Positions 55,063 to 64,000 of a stretch of DNA of 64,000 bases are shown here, piece by piece (position 1 is the stretch's first letter; each line of letters begins with the position of its first letter). Both the position numbers and the translations under genes were made by a program. The stretch is from Isurus oxyrinchus (taxonomy: Eukaryota), in NCBI GenBank assembly GCA_026770705.1, contig JANJGN010000039.1, positions 4,216,001-4,280,000 of the forward strand, read 5' to 3'. The notes beneath the pieces are model-generated. The model saw nothing but the letters and a program-made list of their open reading frames with translations, ran no database searches and was not told the DNA's origin.

Positions 55063-55951
55063 TTATGAATTGAATAATTTTACGCACAATTTCCTAAGGT
55101 ACAACATCCCATTCTTCAGCTCCTTCCTAAACTTAGCCTGTGTCAAAACGTAAATGAATGTACTTATGCAGCAACTGAGAAGTACAAGCATATATGCAAC
55201 TGATTCAAGCTTATTAAGACCAGAATATGAAATAATTGTTGTATGCAAAGAGACAAAATATACAACCAGAGTGGCCCATAAGAATATAAAACTGCTGGAT
55301 ATACTGAACAGTAAATTCATGGATTTTCTTCGCTTTCTATCTCTGAATCCTTGTGATGCTCGCCATTGCTGCAAACATGGAGGCCCTTGCGGACTTTATT
55401 GACCACTAAAATACGCCTAAACATCAACATATTTAGCAACAAAATTAGAATGAATGGAACACATGGGGTTAAGGTAAGGGTAAACAAGTCAAATGCGGCC
55501 CATCCAGCAGAAATGATAAATGTCTGTTTTAGGACACAACCGTGATTTACATTGTCCACTATATTTTCAGGTTCATCTGCAAAATACCAGGGAATGTTTA
55601 TCAAGCAGCTCAACACAGTTACCACTGTTATGATAGCTGTTGCCGTTTTCTCTGTGCAATGTTTTTTATTATGCTTCTCACAACATATGGCCACAAAACG
55701 ATCGAATGTGAACATCACTGTTAGCCAGACACAGGCTGATGTGACTACATAACTCAGTGTTAGTGTTAGACAGCACACAGGGGGCATTGAGAAGAATGAA
55801 CTGGGGCAATAAATATCTACTGTACTCGTAAGTATTACGTCAGTACAAACAACCAGGAGGTCAGTTGTTGCCTTGGCTATCATATAACATGTAACACATT
55901 TCGAGAGACCACACTTTCCACGGGAAAGAATCATAATTGCAACAGCATTCA
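55063..55951 (-). pseudogene. GPR139/142-like GPCR exon 2 with a 1-bp frameshift in ICL3 (probable pseudogene)
   Basis: Acceptor tctctgacag|TGAAT. ORF 55317-56033 carries TM1-TM5 and ORF 55063-55374 carries TM6-TM7. cttcg-ctttct at ~55333 vs cttcgtctttct in the intact paralogs. No exon 1 found in the window. Confidence 0.85.
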
Positions 55952-56808
55952 CTGTCAGAGATGTAGAGACAAAACATGAAATATTTGACAAAGGTGAAAC
56001 GGTTTTTTTCTGATGGCAGCAAAGGGTGCTCAATACATATTTGGTTTATTTTTGCATCATTTCATGTATTTCATCCAAGCATGTGTTGCATGCTTCCTGA
56101 GAAAAACGTGTGTTAAACACGGACTGAACCTTATACAAGTGCACACGGATGGGAAACGTTCATTGATTTTTCGTTTTCTGGTAGAAAAATCCTCCATTAA
56201 GACTGGGCAGCTGTTGGGCCTGTTGAGCAAGAATGTGAAGAATTTGAAGTCACAAAAATGCCTTAGCATGGTAATTTTTCAGTGTGATATAGGACATGGT
56301 AAAGAGCCAATTCATGTGTAAAGGTGCAACGCGATCTGGGCAGAGGACGCAATGTAGAGTCTTGCAATAAGTTCTGGGAATGGGTATTGTGCAACAAGGC
56401 TGACAGCTTGAATGCAAAATGTTGCCCAGATGCACGAATGTACTCAGAACAGTTGGGAGGGTAAAGTTGAGATTGAACAGGACAAGGTGTAATAGTGAGT
56501 AGACTACAAAGAGGGACCAACATCTGCGAGGCTGAGTGAACGTTCACTGGGACATCCTAACGGTGGTGGTGAAAGACAATCAAAATAAGGTAAGATGCTT
56601 ATTCAGATCGCAGGGTGAAGTATTTCTGCGAGCTTAGGGCCGCTCAGTCAGGTCGTTTAAGGCAATTTGAGTGTTGCAAGATTGATATGCAGGCTGAGCA
56701 TTATAAAGTTCTGGTTCAGGCGGAATGTATCGCTGCTTCATAGCAGCAAGACTGAATTAAAGTTGCTACACAGGCTGGGCAGGCTGGATGGGGCAGTTTA
56801 ATATCCAA

Positions 56809-57041
56809 CTAGGATAAAGTTATAAAAACAAAGAAAACTGCGGATGCTGGAAATCCAAAACAAAAACAGAATTACCTGGAAAAACTCAGCAGGTCTGGCA
56901 GCATCGGCGGAGAAGAAAAGAGTTGACGTTTCGAGTCCTCATGACCCTCCAGTCGAAGGGTCATGAGGACTCGAAACGTCAACTCTTTTCTTCTCTGCCG
57001 ATGCTGCCAGACCTGCTGAGTTTTTCTAGGATAAAGTTATA
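56809..57041. mobile_element. Short Penelope-terminal-repeat insertion forming an inverted repeat, flanked by a 16-bp target-site duplication
   Basis: TSD ctaggataaagttata at 56809-56824 and 57026-57041. Arms 56875-56948 and 56957-57030 are 72/74 complementary. Sequence matches 45625-45755 and 63115-63205. Confidence 0.9.
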
Positions 57042-60000
57042 TTGCTATACCGACTGCTCAGATTGAGTGAGGAACATATATTGGCCAACATGAGGTGCTG
57101 TGCGGGGCAACGTTTTTTTCTGGGCAGGCTAGTTTTTATGTGCATTGCATCGATATCGTAAAATGGAGAGGCAATGAGAATCAGAATGATTCCCAGCATA
57201 TGGCAAATGAGCAAATCAAAATTGTTATTCAAACGTGGTGTAAGTCTGCTTTTCGCTACTCAGGAGTCAGCAGAGATGTTCCCTTCTTTGATCGGATGAA
57301 GAACAAAACTCCTGGTTGCTGAAAAGTCAGAAAATATTACTATTCATCTCAAGAACCGCATCAGTGTGAACTGTTTCGATACATGAAGCTGAACACAGAT
57401 TCCTGTTGGACACCAAGTGCAGAAGATACAGAGAGATATTGACAGTGATGAACAAATTGACTTGAGTCAGTAACGCATTTGGAAAACTAAGATATGATTA
57501 GAAGTGTGAATTTGTGAATTGTTGATGATCTTATATTATCGAAGTAACTCTTAACAAAACTATATTTATAATAAAACCCTCTGTAGCTAATTTCATTTTA
57601 GATTGACCGGCTCAGAACAGCCGCGAATTTTAAAAGGATTTAGGAACATTCATGTTTATTTTTCAAAATTCAGGAAACTTTTCATAAATTAGTGAATTAA
57701 TTTAACGAATAGTTATTACATGGGAGATTACAGTTAAATCATTTCGTCTAATTACTGATTACAATCAATAATGAATATAAATCAAATGAGTTTGCTGTGA
57801 GCCTTAGCTAGTCAGGGCTGCATGTTATAATTCATGTTGCTTACTTAATTAACCACCGTATGCTTTTCGAATTATAACATTTTCAGTTAAACTGATTGAA
57901 CCACTGGAAATGTTTTTTTTTATTGCATACGTTCGTCAAATTATTATGTACAATTTTTAAAAAAGCATAGAACACGTGCTTTCATTAATATCCAAAGTAA
58001 GTAATTGAAAATTTCTGAATTTGAATTGAATTGAAATTTTGCGTGGAGCCCTGGTGGCTGTGTTGTAAGATCGGAAATCATCGATCTGGTAATCGTGCAG
58101 AATATTGTTTAGACTGAAATCTTTGGTGAATCACAGGGGCACAGTTTACGGAATGGAAAATTCACATTTTCACAATGGAAGGAAGAATGAATAAGGAGTT
58201 CATTTAAGTACCAAGTGCTTTTTAAGGCTATACAAAATGGTGCAGAATGATGTAATGTTTTTGACATTTAGGATAGCAACAATGCAATGGAGCAAGACTG
58301 TCGATGGGTTGACGAAGCAACGTTTTGAATAAGATTATTTAATTCAGTTGCTGATTAATGCTTTAAATTATTTTTTAAAGCAACAAGTAGAATTATTCGG
58401 GGAAAGGTAAACAGATTTTTATATTTCTGTAATGAATGTTGATAAGCTTTGACCACCCAAATAAAAAGCCGTCTCTTCATGTTGCATTCGCAGCTTATGT
58501 GGCAGCTGCTGCCTCTCATTCAAAGTTTTCAAACTCGAAAACCAGCATTAAACTTCATTGACTTGATGAGAACTGCAACAACTAATTATAAGCAGACTTG
58601 CGAAGACTGGCTGATGGGCATAAATTGAAAATGCAATTCCTGATGCCAGTGTAGGCTGTACTGGAAAGGAGGGAAGCATTGGAAAATCAAAGCCAGTTTG
58701 GTTAAACTACAATCTGAGAGAAATGTTGACAAAAATAAAGGTTGACATCAGTTGCTCTATACATATCAATGTTTCAGCTGAGCAAAATCAATATTTTTTA
58801 TCAGTACAACACCATGAATTTACAATGAGAGAATTAAGTTGTATTTTGGATTCTAGGATTTCACTGTTTTGATTTATATAACGATGTTTCACCAATATAT
58901 CATCACCCAAATTGTCCTGGCCAGCACTGTCAAAATGCAACCCTTTACCCAAACCAGTAATGTACACAACTATGTACTTAACGAGCCAAAATGAGAATAC
59001 AACTAATTACAAAAAAAAATAAATTGTCAATGCACTTCTTGAATGTTCCTCCAAATATAACGTTGAAATATACATTGAATGAAGCACTCAATTATCTACC
59101 AAATTGAATAGTAAACTAGCAAATACATTATTCATTATGTTAGCTATCAAATTACCTGCACCAATAGCAAACAAATTATCATGGAATGTCCTGCTGAATT
59201 AAAAAGGTATAAGTATATATATATATATGTTGTGGAATTATCCATTTAGGTATGCATCTGCAATTTGTGCTTGACCCGTTATTGATTTGTAATTTGGAAA
59301 AGAAACATAGATCAGGTGCACTGCACTTTGGATTATGTTCCTCTGGTGTGGTTACTGCAAAGACCCAATCGGATAAGCCACAATCCGACGGGGTTTCTTC
59401 CAATTTCCTTATCAGTTTAACAGCAATGTGCGCTTCACAAGAGGGAGGAGGCAATGAGAGATGCAAAGTGGGGTCCACGTCCAATCGGCAGTTTGAACCA
59501 GGACCGCAGGCGGCAGATTATGAAGCTGTTAATACAGTTCGATAGGGAGCGGGGGGCGGCGATTTGTGGTCAAAAAATTCGGCCAATTTATTTGGTTACA
59601 GACTTAGATTTTCACGAGCGATTGAACATACAGGTCCTCACTTAGGGACGAGAATACAGGGAAAAATTAAAGCAACATAAGAATGTTATATTTAATCTTA
59701 GTTTACCCTACATGAAAGAAGCAGAAAGGGCTGTCATTTCAATGCACAGAGGCGCAATAAGCATAGGTTCAGCATGATGCATCATTTTCCTTTCAATCGA
59801 TTAATTGATAAGATCAGCGTTTATTCGTTTTCACTAATTCTCCTTGAAAGGGATTTTTTTTATAGTTTTGCAGTGCATATGATGCAGATGGACACACTGT
59901 GCTACGAGCTAGGGAGTTCCAGCTGTTGATCCAGTGTCAGTCGGGAAATAAAAAGGTAATGTATTTCCAAGTCATGTTGATGTGTGACTTGGAAAGGAAT

Positions 60001-63000
60001 TTGCAAGTAATTGTGCTTCCATGTGGATTCTGCCCTTGTACATCTAATTGTTCAAGGTCACCTGCTCAGAGGTATTGAGGAAGGACCTTTGTCGACATAT
60101 GTCATACGCGTAGAGTTGAACGAGAAATAACAGATAATGCTTACCCGATGAAGCTCCAAGGCAGGACAACTTGCAAGTAAAATAGGGGAAGCAGGGCGCA
60201 ATTGACAGGGCAAATCAATAACCAAATCTCAGCTCTGAAGGGCTGTTACATATTGTTTTGAATGGTGATGGGCAATTGAAGAAATCACTGCCTGAGGACT
60301 CTCGATCAGCATCTTCCTCAGCAATGATTGTTGAGCCCAGGTCATTACTGCAAAGATATGGCTAAAAAGTTTGCAGCCACATTCATCCTGAAGTAACCAG
60401 TGGATGAAACGTTCCGGCCTCCTCCTGAGGATGACAGCATCTGAGTTAACAGCCTTCAACCAATATGATGCACAGTACGTTATATTATGAAACGATTGAT
60501 GGGACTAGATTATGCAGAGGCTACGGTTCCTGTAAGTTTCTACCGGTAAGGCGGGAGACCAGTGCCCCTCAACAAGCCATCCGAGCCAAGCTGGTGCAGT
60601 ACAGCTAAAATATTGGCATTTTAGCGAACATGGGAAACAAAAAGCACAGGTATGTCGTGCCCCAAAAGCAAGGCATACACAAAAATCTAATTTCCAGACC
60701 ACCCACTTACTCTTGATCATTAGCAAAGCGATTTAAAGTGTAATGTATAGTGTTGAAATTGCCATTTACTGGACAGTGAGCTACCCAGTGAAGGAAATTT
60801 TGTGTTTTGTATGATCCCCAGCTATTAGTTCAGTCTTGATTCAAACATGGAGAACTCATGACGTGATGGGAGATAGCCTGCGCTGCATATCGAGACAATT
60901 GACAGAGTATGATCTCAAAGACCCCAAACAATTTCGGAGTTGATAAGAATAAGCAGGAAAGGCCTCCATTAAATGGAATAATACCTAGCACAATTAAATA
61001 TGTTTATTTGCAGGTGGTACCTCTCAGCCTCATTACATCATTGCACGAGATCCTGGGACCAGAGTCCTGTTCCAAACAATTTTCATCTTCTTTATCGTTG
61101 AAAGTCTATCCATCAATAGCACAGAAGGGGGATTATTGTGGTGAAGGTGTCTAGGGAGTGGTAGGCATGTGCAGAACTGGGGTGGATTAGTGCCCGCTGA
61201 TGAATGCTCAAACTTCAGCACCATTCTCAACTTAACAGAATTCCAAGCCCATGTGTAACAAGGCCTCCGCAATATCCAGTCTGGTGCTGAAAACCAATCA
61301 GTAATATTCGCTCCACATAATTGACAGACAGTGGCCAGCGAAGCCATCAGAGTTTCCATGAAAATATCCTTAAACGTTAATGCCATTACCATCGCTTAAT
61401 CCCCCATCTCCAGCATCCTCGGTCCCCCATCTCCAACATCCTCGGAAATATCATTGACCAGAAACTGTGACTAGACGGGCAAGTCAGGACCTGAGAAACC
61501 TGCAGGGAGGAAATCACCCTCTCAATCTGCAAAACCTTAATTTCAAGGCGCAAATCAGGAGTGTGATAGAATACATTACATTGTCTTGATGAGTTCTGCT
61601 CCAACAACATTCACGAACATTGAATTAATCCAGGAAAAAGCAGCCTGTGGTGCTGAGATGCATTCTGTCACCATCATTATTCAACCTATTTACCTTTATC
61701 GGAATAATTGTTCTTATTGCTTACAAAGTTCATCTCAATCATCAGCCAAAATCTGAGTAAGTAACCTTTGCAAAATGAGAATTTTCCACCCATTTTCTGG
61801 GCATCACCCAATAGACTTTTTGCTTCCCTAAGTGCCATTGCTTCAAAGTATTTACGTTAAATGTGAAGAATTGGTTTTAGCATTAAAACGACTTGGTAAT
61901 TCAATGAAATCTCATGGCATCAGCTAAAATATGGGCATGGAATACACCCTGGTTTATGCTACCTACCGTTCTCTTCAGCTGATGATCATCAGTAGAGGGA
62001 GATTTGGGGTTCCAAGTAAAAGCTATACTCTACATGGGGGATTTCGATGTTTATGACCAAGAGAGTTTCAGTAGCACAACTAATGCTGAGCTGCTCTAGA
62101 CGTGAGGATAACTGCTAGGCTGGGTCTTTGGCAAGTGCTCAGGGAACAAACAAGGTGGAAAACCCTTACTGAACTGGCTCCACCAACCTACACGACGCAG
62201 GTCCATGTGCCCATAACGTTTTTGATTGGATTGACTACCAACAGTTCTTGTTCAGAGGAAATCCACCTTCACATTGGGGATTCCCTCCATCGCGTTGTAT
62301 GGCACTATCATTGTGCTAAATGGCGTACATTTCAGCCAGAGCTGCAACTTCAAACTGGGTTTTCATGACGCACTGAGCAGAGATGTGCACAAACAGAATG
62401 TGTAACCTAAAGCCTGATGTATCCCCAACACCGTGTAGAATTTTTATGGTGACTGTTGTGGTGCTGATCAAGCAGTACACGTTGTTCAAATTGTTACAGA
62501 GTTTATTGGTTGTTCTCAAATCATCCGGGCAATCTCAAAGTGTCACACAAATCTCCGGATGATCAGTTGATGGTGGTCAGATTCTGAGGAGTTAAGAGTT
62601 GAGATGCTTCCCGCAGAATTTGAAAGGTCTAATCTACAATTCTAGGCTCGGTTTTACACGGCCGGCACGATTAATTTAACCACGATGCTGAGATGCTGAA
62701 TGTAGCGGATAGTGCAATGGCAAACCCCTTCAAGAGCAATTGGAGATTTCCATTTTCGTTGTGGATAGTTATTCACAGACGCTAAGGCTGAGAACATGCT
62801 ACTTTCCGTCAAATTTCCTCATGTGGGCAACCCCACGTTCAGGGTGTGAGGACGTGTGAATGTTAGTTCTGCAACCATCAACGGGGATCCCCACTACTTT
62901 CCAAAGTATCGATGAAACCACATTGATATAGCAATTGAATATTGACGACCAAACAGTGTGACTTATGGGCATTAGCGCAAATGAAGTGTCACGTACACTG

Positions 63001-63114
63001 TTGGTCTTTATAACAAAGTAAAAAAAAATTGCCACGGGCTGTCAGTGGGGAAGTGTGTGGGGAGGTAAAAGGCGACGTCATGTGGCAAGCAGAGTTCACC
63101 AAACTAATGCCTTG

Positions 63115-64000
63115 TAATAAAAACAGAATTACCTGGAAAATCTCAGCGGGTCTGGCAGCATCGTTGGCCAAGAAGAGTTGACGTTTCGAGTCCTCATGAT
63201 CCTGCGACAGAACTAGGTGAATCCAAGCAAGNNNNNNNNNNNNNNNNNNNNNNNNNNNNNNNNNNNNNNNNNNNNNNNNNNNNNNNNNNNNNNNNNNNNN
63301 NNNNNNNNNNNNNNNNNNNNNNNNNNNNNNNNNNNNNNNNNNNNNNNNNNNNNNNNNNNNNCAAACAAGCAGTGATAGAAGCAGATCATCAAAAGATGTT
63401 ACAGACAACAGAACAAAAGAAAACATGGGGGTTGAAGTTGGTGATATATATCTAAACGAATGTGCTAATTAAGAATGGATGGTAGGGCACTCAAGGTATT
63501 GCTCTAGTCGGGGTGAGGGGAGCATAAAAGATTTTAAAATATTTAAAAATCATGGAAACAGGTGGGAAAAAGAAAAAATCTATATAATTTATTGGAAAAA
63601 AACAACAGGAAGGGGGAAGAAACAGAAAGGGGCTGGGGATGGAGGAGGGGGATCAAGATCTAAAGTTGTTCAGTTCAATATTCAGTCCAGAAGGCTGTAA
63701 AGTGCCTAGTCGGAAGATGAGGTATTGTTCCTCCAGTTTGCGTTGGGTTTCACTGGAACAATGCAGCATGCCAAAGACAGACATATGGGCAAGAGAGCAG
63801 GGTGGAGTGTTAAAATGGCAAGCGACAAGGAGGTTTGGGTCATTCTTGCGGACAGACCGCAGGTGTTCTGCAAAGCGGTCGCCCAGTTTACGTTTGGTCT
63901 CTCCAATGTAGAGGAGACCACATTGGGAGCAACGAATGCAGTAGACTAAGTTGGGGCAAATGCAAGTGAAATGTTGCTTCAATTGAAAGGAGTGTTTGGG
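63115..64000 (-). mobile_element. Penelope-like retroelement 3' part (GIY-YIG domain + terminal repeat), running off the window
   Basis: ORF 63653-63982 (NLVYCIRCSQCGLLYIGETKRKLGDRFAEH) is nearly identical to 44862-45191 and has the same 3' UTR and terminus. Confidence 0.92.
63232..63361. other. Assembly gap (130 N)
   Basis: Run of N inside the Penelope 3' region, where the other copy has CT/poly-C/CA microsatellites. Confidence 0.99.

Noticed and set aside
55952-56033. N-terminal part of ORF 55317-56033
   Set aside because: Upstream of the ctgacag acceptor and not conserved with paralogs; intronic read-through.
61403-61445. Short direct duplication ccccatctcca(g/a)catcctcgg, and a 10-bp duplication at ~54623-54647
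   Set aside because: Ordinary slippage events within old repeats.

Overview
Eukaryotic, repeat-rich genomic DNA, most likely from a cartilaginous fish (shark/ray). This is inferred from the CR1/L2/RTE LINE and Penelope repeat content and the receptor family present. The window is a birth-and-death cluster of two-exon GPR139/GPR142-like orphan class A GPCR genes. It holds two 70-nt first coding exons (1312-1381 and 37033-37102, minus strand) and two intact 905-nt second exons (21282-22186 and 27191-28095). The two second exons come from a recent 5.9-kb tandem duplication that did not copy exon 1, so one exon 1 sits upstream of two intact terminal exons. Three pseudogenes are also present: 14730-15563 (divergent subfamily, largely missed by the ORF track), 48655-49148 (inverted, 5'-deleted) and 55063-55951 (1-bp frameshift). 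Other content includes direct and inverted segmental duplications, two Penelope-like elements (RT + GIY-YIG) with hammerhead-like terminal motifs, a TSD-flanked 74-bp Penelope-derived hairpin, a cryptic ~30-bp degenerate array and a 130-N gap. Most short ORFs in the track are spurious or repeat-derived. Repeat boundaries and identities are by-eye estimates.
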